The translations under genes and the position numbers were made by a program. A stretch of 61,600 nt of DNA, from the NCBI GenBank assembly GCA_016934295.1, contig JAFGTD010000011.1, positions 1 to 61,600 of the forward strand, read 5' to 3'. Below are positions 20,104-29,200 of this stretch, piece by piece (positions within the stretch are counted from its first letter, which is position 1; each line of letters opens with the position of its first letter). The stretch comes from Acidobacteriota bacterium (lineage in GTDB: Bacteria; Acidobacteriota; UBA6911). The notes under the pieces were generated by a model. That model had not been told where the DNA came from. It saw nothing but the letters and a program-made list of their open reading frames with translations, and made no database searches.

Positions 20104-21871
20104 TTCTGTTTTTCCTCTTTTCGGGCATATTCCGGAAATGGTATTTCGCCCACATTCCCTTGAAAAAATTGCGTGCATTAACGCCGAGCGAACGCGCTTT
20201 GTACCCCCCCTCCTGAACGACCAGTGTCGGGCGCCTCAACGATCCGATCAAGGCGCCGTTTTGCTCGAAATCTTTAGCGCTCAGGCTCCAGGTGCCCGTT
20301 GGGTCCCCTTTGGCGGTGTCCAGTCCCAAAGCTACTACCAGAAATCGGGGATTAAACTTCTGAATTCTCTTCAGGGCTTTCCCGAGGACTTCCCTGTACA
20401 GGGTTCCGTCCACCTTTTCCGGTAAAGGATAATTAACATTGAATCCTGCGCCGGCGCCTTCTCCTGTTTCGTCGGAAAAACCTGTAAAGTAGGGGTAGGC
20501 GAATCGCGGATGCCCGTGAATCGAAACCGTTAAAACATCGCTTCTTTTGTAAAAGATATTCTGTTGCCCGTTCCCGTGATGGAAATCGACGTCCAGAACA
20601 GCCACCTTCCCGTGAGCGCTGAGATAATGGGCCGCAATCGCGGCAGAGTTGAAATAGCAGAAGCCGCCGAACGCCCGTCTCTCGGCATGATGTCCCGGAG
20701 GACGAACCAGCGAATAGGCTATCGGGTACCCTTCCAGAATTTTGTCGGCAGCGGTCATGGTGCAGTCCATGGCCCGCTTTGCGGCCAGAAAGGCGTTGTG
20801 GTTCAGCGGGGTGAATGTATCGATGCAGTAATATCCGGCACGAATGGGCAGTTCGACCGGCGGGCGGGTTGCATTGCGGATCGGGAAAACATAAGGATAG
20901 ATGGATTTGTTCTCCGGCACATTCTCACAGACTCTTTTAAGATAATCGACAAAGGCGCTTTCATGCACCGCCCGGATATTTCTTTCCGAATAAGTGTGCG
21001 GTTCGAAAGGTTCGAATAAGCCGCTCGGAAGAATTTCCCTGAGGATCGATTTTATGCGGACCGGAGACTCGACATACCCCCGGTCGTTGATGTGGTGGAT
21101 ATCATGCTTGTCATTAATAACCAAGGCGATGGACATTACGCCCTTATTGTTAACCTTAATCTCCGGAAGGATTTCCTTTCGGGTGTAACGGCGGTCGCGG
21201 AATCGAACCGGGTCGTCCTTAAAGGAATCCACTACCATTTCAATATAGGATTTCGGACAGACGTTGCCGTATTTTCTTTCCAGAATCGCCCGTACAACCT
21301 CCCTGGCCTTTTCCCGTGACAATGGCTTGCCCAATCCCAGCCCGTCGAACATCAGGTACGGAGGACAATCGCCGCCTTCGCGAACAGGTGTTTCATAGGC
21401 GGTATTGCTTACGGGCCGGATCCCGTAGCGTTCGTAAAAACGCAGGCGCGAGGCATTCTGTTTGAGATCCTCCTTGTCGCGACACAATGTCGGATCGTCC
21501 GGCAGGCATTCAAAAAAGATCCCGATAGTGCCCAGGGCAAGCGCCTCTTCCCGCACCTTGTCGTACAGCGCACTGCCGATACCCCTTCCGGTTACAAGTC
21601 GCGCGGAGGAAATAAAATCCAGGTAACAGAAATTGAGGTCCGTGGCGTGCATCAACAGAGCGAATCCCTTAATTCGCCTGCTGGAATCATCGGCCACGAA
21701 CAGGATAGTCCGGAAGCGATGTTTCAGGGGATTGACAAGCTGATCGTTGATTTTTGCAATATCGTTTTCGTCCAATCCCGGAAACTGTTCGTGAAGAATT
21801 TTCTTTACCTGCTCGATAGTTTCGATGCTGGATGGAATCGAACTGTCGTAGATACGGCGTATTCGGAACAT
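20084..21871 (-). CDS. GNAT domain fused to a histone-deacetylase-fold (acetylpolyamine amidohydrolase-like) domain
   Basis: N-terminal YLDFI..TGRGIGSALY and RLRFYERYG; C-terminal RPPGHHA, GGFCYFN, LDVDFHHGNG, GLDT and QEGGY. Confidence 0.9.
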   Translation of the reverse strand: MFRIRRIYDSSIPSSIETIEQVKKILHEQFPGLDENDIAKINDQLVNPLKHRFRTILFVADDSSRRIKGFALLMHATDLNFCYLDFISSARLVTGRGIGSALYDKVREEALALGTIGIFFECLPDDPTLCRDKEDLKQNASRLRFYERYGIRPVSNTAYETPVREGGDCPPYLMFDGLGLGKPLSREKAREVVRAILERKYGNVCPKSYIEMVVDSFKDDPVRFRDRRYTRKEILPEIKVNNKGVMSIALVINDKHDIHHINDRGYVESPVRIKSILREILPSGLFEPFEPHTYSERNIRAVHESAFVDYLKRVCENVPENKSIYPYVFPIRNATRPPVELPIRAGYYCIDTFTPLNHNAFLAAKRAMDCTMTAADKILEGYPIAYSLVRPPGHHAERRAFGGFCYFNSAAIAAHYLSAHGKVAVLDVDFHHGNGQQNIFYKRSDVLTVSIHGHPRFAYPYFTGFSDETGEGAGAGFNVNYPLPEKVDGTLYREVLGKALKRIQKFNPRFLVVALGLDTAKGDPTGTWSLSAKDFEQNGALIGSLRRPTLVVQEGGYKARSLGVNARNFFKGMWAKYHFRNMPEKRKNRIESGKN

Positions 21872-21879
21872 TGGTATTC

Positions 21880-22878
21880 CTAGCGGATGTGTCCTGATGA
21901 ATAAGAAACGAGAGTGCTTTCGAGAATACGTTCAATCATGCGGCTGTACCTTAAGCCCGCGCGATGAACCGCAGCCGTAAAACCTGCGTCGGGCGAAATG
22001 CATGGATTGGCGTTGATTTCAATCACCCATGGTTGCAGATGCGAATCGATACGAAAATCGATCCGTGCATACCCCCGCAAACGAAAAATATCCCAGCAAT
22101 GCCTGGAAATATCTCCCAGCTGCTCGAGGAGAAAAGCCTCATTTTCGGGGAAATCGAAATTTCTTGGAGTATAACTATATTCGAACGACCCTTTTTCCCA
22201 CTTGGCGTCGTAGCCTACAATTTTCGGCTTGCCGTCAGGAAATTCTTTGAAGAGGATTTCAGCGGGCGGAAGGACCTGCACTCCCTGTCTGTCCTCCAGA
22301 AGCGACACATTTATTTCCCGACCGTCAATAAAGGATTCAATAAAACAGCTCCCGTACCGGTTTGATTTATCCTGAAATGCCTGCGCAAGATTTTCCCTGG
22401 CGTAGACAATAGATGCGTCGTCCAGGCCCACGGACGCGTCCTCCCAGGCGGGTTTGATGATATAGGGGGGAGCGAAATCCATGTCCGAACCGGCCGGCCC
22501 GCTCCCGGCCATCCAGGCCGGCGTGGCTATCCCCGCATATCTCAGGCGTTCCTTGGCCAGTATTTTCCCGGTAGTTACATAGAGGCTTTCAGATCCCGAT
22601 CCCGTAAACGGAATGGATAAATACTCCAGCAATGCCGGGGCAAAGTGTAGGAACCGGCCGGTACCGGCCAAAGACTCCACCAGGTTGAAAACCAGATCGG
22701 GCTTTATCCGGCCGAGATCGGCCTCTGCTTTATGCAGATCCAGAGAAACAGGCAACAGGGATGTTTTATGCCCCAGTTCAATCAGGGAGTTGCGGACCGC
22801 CTCCACCTGGGCCAGAACATCCTGCTCGTCTTTTCCCGAATCGGCGGAAACGTCGGCATATAAAATTGCAATATTCAT
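21880..22878 (-). CDS. D-Ala-D-Ala ligase-like ATP-grasp protein (copy 2)
   Basis: DLVFNLVES, IPFTGS, IIKPAWEDASVG, ESFIDGREINV, YARIDFR, EINANP; its ATG overlaps the upstream stop (TGATG). Confidence 0.88.
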   Translation of the reverse strand: MNIAILYADVSADSGKDEQDVLAQVEAVRNSLIELGHKTSLLPVSLDLHKAEADLGRIKPDLVFNLVESLAGTGRFLHFAPALLEYLSIPFTGSGSESLYVTTGKILAKERLRYAGIATPAWMAGSGPAGSDMDFAPPYIIKPAWEDASVGLDDASIVYARENLAQAFQDKSNRYGSCFIESFIDGREINVSLLEDRQGVQVLPPAEILFKEFPDGKPKIVGYDAKWEKGSFEYSYTPRNFDFPENEAFLLEQLGDISRHCWDIFRLRGYARIDFRIDSHLQPWVIEINANPCISPDAGFTAAVHRAGLRYSRMIERILESTLVSYSSGHIR

Positions 22879-23900
22879 CACTGTACCGAAGCCTGAAGCC
22901 CCGGTTTTGGCACGGCAGGGGACCCGTCACCGAGTCGTGACAGCGCGCTTTCCATAATCATTTCGAAGAGGCGGACATAGGAAATCCCCGCCAGACCGCA
23001 GATAATGGGAAGGTCGGAATGTTGCGGATGAATCCCGGCCAGCGGATTCACTTCAATCACATTCGGGATGCCTCGGGCGTCGGTCCTCAGGTCTACGCGT
23101 CCGGCATCGCGGCAATTCAATCCGACCCAGGCCCGCAGCGCCGTTTCTGCGGCGTCCCCGGCCAGAGCGTCGTCAACCAGGATATAGTCGATACAAAGCT
23201 CGCATTCTTCCTTGTTGGCATAGGAATATACGTCTGCTTCGGCGTTTCCTTTCAGGACAATTTCCATGACGCCCAGGGCTTCGGCGCGACTTCCTGTTCC
23301 GACAATTGCAACTGTAAACTCGCGCCCGGGCAGAAAAGTTTCCACCAGGACCGGCTGTTTGTATCCGGTCAGCAGATTACGGCACACCCGGTACAATTCC
23401 GCTTTGCCCGTAATCCTGGATGCAGAAGTGATCCCTTTCCCCGTCCCTTCGGCTACGGGTTTGGCGAATAACGGATAGGGAAGCCCGACTTTGCCTATAT
23501 CTTCTTCCGTGTGGATTTCGGCAAAATCCGGTGTTGGAATACCGAGATCCCGCAACACTCTCTTGGTCATCCCCTTGTGCAGCGTAAGAGACAGCACAAG
23601 GGGATCGGAGAACGTGTAGGGAATATCGTAGGCATCCAGGAGAGCGGGGACCTGCGCCTCTCTGCCTATGCCGCGAATCCCCTCGGCAATATTGAACACC
23701 AGGTCCCATCGGTCTCCATTGCAGAGCCTTTCCGTCAGATTCCGGATATTGCCGATTCTTTCGGTGGCATACCCCAAGCTACGAAGGGTCTGTTCAATGG
23801 CTTCAATTGTGTCGATCCGGTCAAACTCCGCCGTTTCCTCCTCGCTGTACCCCATATCAAGGTAACTTTGGCGGAGGTCGTATGTTAATCCGATCTTCAT
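22878..23900 (-). CDS. D-Ala-D-Ala ligase-like ATP-grasp protein (copy 1)
   Basis: Real start is MKIGLTYDL at 23900 (ATGA overlap with the kamA stop); DLVFNIAEG, KPVAEGTGKGI, ETFLPGREFTV, GRVDLR, EVNPLAG. Confidence 0.88.
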   Translation of the reverse strand: MKIGLTYDLRQSYLDMGYSEEETAEFDRIDTIEAIEQTLRSLGYATERIGNIRNLTERLCNGDRWDLVFNIAEGIRGIGREAQVPALLDAYDIPYTFSDPLVLSLTLHKGMTKRVLRDLGIPTPDFAEIHTEEDIGKVGLPYPLFAKPVAEGTGKGITSASRITGKAELYRVCRNLLTGYKQPVLVETFLPGREFTVAIVGTGSRAEALGVMEIVLKGNAEADVYSYANKEECELCIDYILVDDALAGDAAETALRAWVGLNCRDAGRVDLRTDARGIPNVIEVNPLAGIHPQHSDLPIICGLAGISYVRLFEMIMESALSRLGDGSPAVPKPGLQASVQ

Positions 23901-25318
23901 CGCAGTTCTTCCCTTTGCAGGTCGCCGGATTGAATTATTCCCCGTCCCGGAGAAGCCGGATCGGGATAGCGATACAGATCGCCCCTGTAATTTTTCAATA
24001 CAAGAGTTGCGCCGTCGTGGTTTTCTACATAATTCGGCAGCAGGGGAATCTTGCCGCCTCCTCCGGGGGCGTCGATCACGTAATGGGGAACGGCGTAGCC
24101 GGTCGTGTGCCCTCGAAGGCCGGCTATAATTTCCAAGCCCTTGTCCACCGTAGTGCGAAAATGAGAGGAGCCCTGAACCGGATCGCATTGATAGAGGTAA
24201 TAGGGCCGAACCCGGCATTTGAGCAGACCCTGATTGAGCCGGGTCATGATTTCGACGGAATCGTTGACGCCTCTGAGCAGGACCGTCTGACTGCCGAGGG
24301 GAATGCCGGCATCGGCCAACCGGTTGCAGGCCAGCGCCGTTTCCGGCGTCAATTCGTCCGGATGCGTGAAATGCAGGCTCATCCATAAAGGATGATATCT
24401 GCGCAGCATCCTTACCAGGGCAGGGGTGATGCGCTGCGGTAAAACGGCAGGCACTTTGCTGCCGATCCGGATTATCTCAACATGATCGATGGAACGCAGC
24501 CGGCGCAGGAGCCATTCGATACGGCTGTCCGGAAGCGTAAGCGGATCGCCTCCGGACAGGATTACGTCGCGAATCTCCCGGTGTTGTTCGATATATGCGA
24601 CGGCATTTTCCCATTGCTGCATGTTGTATCCGTATTCTCCTCCATGATTTCCCACCAGGCGCGAACGGGTGCAGTAGCGGCAATACACGGAGCAGAAGCC
24701 GGTTGTCAGAAATAAAACACGGTCGGGATAGCGATGTACCAGCCCGGGTACCGGAGAGTCTCCATCCTCGTTGAGGGGATCCGCCTCTTCTCCCTGTAAT
24801 ATTCGGTTTTCTTCCCCGGACTTGACGACCGTACGGCGGAGGGGCTGCAGGGGATCATTGCGATCCAAAAGACTCGCGTAATAGGGAGTAATGGCAACAG
24901 GCAGCAATCCCCGATACTCGTCAACCGCCCGGCGTTCATCCTCTGAAAGCCGGATGATCTTTTCAAGACCGGCCAGATCCTTGATTCGGTTGGCCAGTTG
25001 CCAGCGCCAGTCATTCCATTCGCGGTCCGATATGTCCGGAAAGTACTCCTTCCGAAAATACAGGCTGCGTTCACCCGCAGCAAATGCGGCGGGATTGGAT
25101 TTGCAGGCGCGTTTTAAAGTGTCGGTCTGTACGGTAAAGGAAAATTTCCCCGTATAAACCGAACGACGATCGGCCTTGTTCAACTTTTGCTGGTGTCGTT
25201 TTAGGAGGGAATCCTTGGAGGAGGGAGCCACGCTGTAAAGAACCTCGGGCGAATGGGTGTATGTCCATCCGGATCCCGGAGGTTCGTCATTTTCAGTAGA
25301 TGAGATGTCGTCGTCCAT
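23897..25318 (-). CDS. kamA: KamA-family radical SAM/PLP aminomutase (lysine 2,3-aminomutase-like)
   Basis: WNDWRWQL, LVHRYPDRVL, CSVYCRYC (CxxxCxxC), SGGDPL, PYYLYQCD and DAPGGGGK (PLP lysine). Confidence 0.92.
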   Translation of the reverse strand: MDDDISSTENDEPPGSGWTYTHSPEVLYSVAPSSKDSLLKRHQQKLNKADRRSVYTGKFSFTVQTDTLKRACKSNPAAFAAGERSLYFRKEYFPDISDREWNDWRWQLANRIKDLAGLEKIIRLSEDERRAVDEYRGLLPVAITPYYASLLDRNDPLQPLRRTVVKSGEENRILQGEEADPLNEDGDSPVPGLVHRYPDRVLFLTTGFCSVYCRYCTRSRLVGNHGGEYGYNMQQWENAVAYIEQHREIRDVILSGGDPLTLPDSRIEWLLRRLRSIDHVEIIRIGSKVPAVLPQRITPALVRMLRRYHPLWMSLHFTHPDELTPETALACNRLADAGIPLGSQTVLLRGVNDSVEIMTRLNQGLLKCRVRPYYLYQCDPVQGSSHFRTTVDKGLEIIAGLRGHTTGYAVPHYVIDAPGGGGKIPLLPNYVENHDGATLVLKNYRGDLYRYPDPASPGRGIIQSGDLQREELR

Positions 25319-25434
25319 CTAATTTTTTTACCTTTCCAAAAAGGAAAAAGTTGCTGCTTCGGTTAAAATTCACTTTGTATCCAATGTTGAACACATCCGG
25401 TGTCAACATCAAATACATATCGGAAAAATCGAAG

Positions 25435-25464
25435 AAAGTATGCGGCATTTTTTTGCATTGTCAA
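25435..25464 (-). promoter_or_regulatory. Putative sigma70 promoter of the kamA operon
   Basis: On the - strand: TTGACA (25464-25459), 18-nt spacer, TACTTT (25440-25435). Confidence 0.5.
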
Positions 25465-25584
25465 CAAAAATCGTATGGATTTATTCCATTTTTTGCTGCA
25501 GATCCCGGGAGTTATAAATAATTGTAAAACAAGAACATAAGTAAAGTCGGCTTTCTGCCGTCTCTAAAGCCCGTACAGGAGCTT

Positions 25585-26292
25585 TTATTCCTGATCCCTG
25601 TAAATGTCTCTAAGGATGCTTTCGACACGGGCAGCGTGTCTGGAATTCAGGCTCCGGATAAGCACTTCAAAATTACAGGCCTTGTCGGTTTGCTCTTTAA
25701 GCTGGACAACCGGCGCAGTTCCGGACGATGCCCATGGAATGGAAAGCACTTCGCGCGTAAGTATGGTCTGAAGCTTCTCGGGCGTATCGTTTTTGGGGAT
25801 GCACAGGTGAATGCGATAATAATCCGATGCCGTTTCTTCCGAACGTTCCGGAACCACTTCTCCGCTCAGCCGGGAATAGGGTATGCGGGCAATATCCCCG
25901 TTATCGGTTCTAATGGTTACATGTGTCATCCTCCGTTCAATGATCTTTCCGGAAAGATCGTTGAGTCGAATCCTGTGATTGACATGAAACTGTTTGCGAA
26001 TGGAAACGACAATGCCTGCAATAATATCGCGCAGGACAAACCAGATAAAAAGCATTGCCAGAAGCGCGAGAAGGGAAAAAAGGATGATTGGATAGAGGGA
26101 GGTTGATGCAAACCGGCGCTGCAGGAGCCAGAGTGCATACAAAAGCCAGACCGCAAATGCAAAGCCCGGCAGGTAAGGTTTTATTCGCTCTACCCTCGAG
26201 GATCGGTGTGCCGCGGCGCGGATCAACTTATTGCCGGTCGACATCACTATCCACACCAGAATGCCCAGAAATAGCTCCAGGAAAATCTTCAT
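25585..26292 (-). CDS. MscS-family membrane protein (divergent)
   Basis: Three hydrophobic segments, RDIIAGIVV, beta-domain RIRLNDLSGKII..TIRTDNGDIARIPYSRL; ATGA overlap with the upstream gene. Confidence 0.75.
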   Translation of the reverse strand: MKIFLELFLGILVWIVMSTGNKLIRAAAHRSSRVERIKPYLPGFAFAVWLLYALWLLQRRFASTSLYPIILFSLLALLAMLFIWFVLRDIIAGIVVSIRKQFHVNHRIRLNDLSGKIIERRMTHVTIRTDNGDIARIPYSRLSGEVVPERSEETASDYYRIHLCIPKNDTPEKLQTILTREVLSIPWASSGTAPVVQLKEQTDKACNFEVLIRSLNSRHAARVESILRDIYRDQE

Positions 26293-29200
26293 AGAATCTG
26301 TTTCTCGCTTAATACTTTGATAATAAAAGGTTCCAGAAACATATTGATGACGAGTACGCCCCTGCCTCGTTCCTTAATCAGTCCACACCGCTGCAGTGTC
26401 CGGATCATCGATTCGAGAACCGGTTCCTCGAGTCCGGTTATGCGACCCAGCTGTTCGATCGTCAGCCGCTTATGCAGCGCAAAAGCAGACAGGAGAACCA
26501 GCCTGTCATCATCCAGTTGTCGAAGGGTCGTAAGGTTGGGCGTTTCGGGAGTGCTTATTTCCACAGTATTGCCGGACAAACGCTGGATGTTATGGAGCCA
26601 GGCGTTGAGCGCCATTCCGGGGTTGCCCTCGGAGTGAGTAAAGTGGGAGTCGAACAGCGATGCTGTTCTTAATTCCGAAAGACTTTTTTCGTCTCTTCCA
26701 TTCCAGCGGAATTGCAGCCCGCTGGATCTATGTCGACGGAGAATCATATCCTTCAGTTCTTCGGTGCTGAAAGGGGAAAGGCGGACGGTGCTGATAAATT
26801 TCTGGTGTATAGGCTCCAGAGAATTGATCAAAGCAAAGGAGTGCGGATTGGTGTTGACGATAAAGAGGATCCGGTCGCTGAAATCGTCCATCATCTCTCC
26901 GATGGTTCGGATAACCTGTGTTCCGTCTCTATGCTGTTCGAACCATAATTCCAGATCGTGAATTACCAGAACGGTTTCGTGCGGCAATGCGGAAGCGATT
27001 TCCCGTAATGTCCCGTGATACCCCGCCGCCTGCTCCACGATTCTTGCAAGATCCTCGACGTGCATGGAGCCTTCATTCGGGGCAAATATATGGATCACGT
27101 TGTTTTTCGGAAACAGCTTGCCGGTTATATATTTGCAGAACGTTGTTTTCCCGGCATTCCGGTCGCCCAGAACGAGAATGCCTCCCTTGTAGCCGTTTTT
27201 GTAATGGTCTACAGCCTGTTTCATCCTTGTCTCATCTTCATCTCTTTCAATGAAAAATTCCGTCCCGATACTCGATCGGCTGCTGAACAGATTGGTATAA
27301 AAACGCGGGAGCGCCTGCATTACTTTGCTTTCCGGGGTAATGGACCGGACGAGATCGAGAACCGATGCATTTCCCGAATTTGCCTTCCCCCTGTTTTTCA
27401 GCTTCCGGGCAAACAGCAGGCCTTCGCTTTTCGAATACAAAATACGGATAACGTATCGTTCCAGGGAGCGGATTCCCGTGTTCCACAAATTTCCGAAAGT
27501 AGTGAGCACTTTCTGGCCGGCGTATTCACGCAGTATCTCGGCCATCTCGCCCGAGCTTTTTTCTATCTTCTCCGGAGCGAGCGGTTCGAATGCATCCGAA
27601 AGCAGCTGTCTCATTTCCTCTCTCAGGGAACTCTTGAAATTATCCACTGCTTCCTCTTCCATACGGAGGCTTTGTATGTTGTCGCGCAGGATCCCTTCCA
27701 CGGTCTTCCGTCCATCCGGAGCGCCTACATCCATATTCTGGAAACTGAACCGTGTAAGGTTGACAAGGTCCTTGATCCTGAATCCCAGGTTCCCGAGCAA
27801 TTCATTGCCGGAAATGAGGAATTCCTGTAAAGGGCTGATCATACGGGATTCCAGGATACGGTCGACCAGACGTATCGCGGGTATCTCGGTTTCCTCCTTA
27901 TCGTCTCCGACCAGCTGTGTTTCAGGAAGGGATCGCGCCAATTCAAGTACATAATCGCGCAATTCCTCTATGCCCTCTTCTATGTCAACCGTCGTGTCTA
28001 TCTCGCATCGAAGATTGTCTGTAGCGGCTGTTTCGCCTTTCAACATAGAGTCAAGGTTTGTGAGAAGGTTTCTGACCGCGTGTGTTATCTTTAAATCCAC
28101 CTGCTGGAGGATCCGGCGCAGAAGATCCTCAGCCTTGTCTTCAGTCCTGCATCGTATTGCCGCAATCTGAATATCGAGGCGGATTTTATTTGTAACGCGC
28201 TCCATGAACACGCACCAGCGATCGGTAAATTTACGGTTTTCGATTGCGAGAGTGGAATAAAATTTCTTACTTCTTGGTCTCGGTGGCCGGAATCGACGAT
28301 AGGGCGTTTTTTGGAGGCTGCCGGCCATGGCGATAATGTCTTCTCTGAATTCAATTTGCAGCCTGTCTCGGAAGGATTCGGCGGATTGGTTCAACTCTTT
28401 GGCGCAATCGTCTATGCGGGATGCCAGATCCTCTTGAAGGCGGAGGATGTCTCCTTCGGCAGAAGGGAATTTATTTTCGAGGCTTACGATGGAATCCAGC
28501 AGGGAAAAGAAGAGCGACTTTAGATAGTTGAGATGGGCGATTTGGTATTCCTGAAGTTCCTTCAGATAATCAACAAGGAAGAGTTGCCGTGTATCGTACA
28601 GGTAGTAGCGGGCTATCTTCCTGTAGGAAATTGTTTGGGAGACCGGATGTCCCGAAATTGTAAACGCCGTACGTTTCCATAATTTAATCAATCGCCCATA
28701 AACCGAATCCGTTTTGTCCGGAACGAATTTATTCTCAGCGTACTGCACCCGAAGGCGCCGGGGGAGTTTCAGGTAGTATTTATCGAACCAGTCGACATAC
28801 CATCCGATTCCCGATGCCAGGGATTCATTATGCTTGGATGCAAGCTTTTCCTGTATCTGTTCGAACAGACGGCTGCAACTGAATGCGTAGTCGTTCTTTA
28901 TTTTCAGCAGCGTTTTCTCGTACCGGTAGGCGTCTTTATATTCCAGGGCCTTACCCAGCGAAGTGCAAACCGACTCTATAGTTCTGCGGAAATTTTCAAT
29001 ATTCTCTATGTTGTCGGTAAAACATGGATGGATCGCCTTTTCATAGAAACGGTTCAGCACCCTGCTTCCGGAGATTTGGATTTTTTGGATATCTCCAGCC
29101 AGAACCGGATCCTGCAAGGCGGGAATTTCAGACAGTGCAACGGGCATTTCCGGCGTTGCTTCCGAATCCTTCGGCTTATGAGGGGCCCGGACCACACCGG

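Noticed and set aside
21880-23900. Vancomycin-resistance (van) ligases or the housekeeping ddl missing from the dcw cluster
   Set aside because: No vanH/vanX/vanRS nearby, the D-Ala subsite motifs are absent, and the genes are coupled to kamA instead.
23901-24386. N-terminal extension of the 502-aa ORF 22878..24386
   Set aside because: It overlaps kamA in another frame and is low-complexity; the real start is the ATGA-coupled ATG at 23900.
23897-25318. EF-P beta-lysylation enzyme EpmB, or glutamate 2,3-aminomutase
   Set aside because: It has KamA-type YQCD and DAPGGGGK motifs, is longer than EpmB, and has no efp/epmA adjacent.
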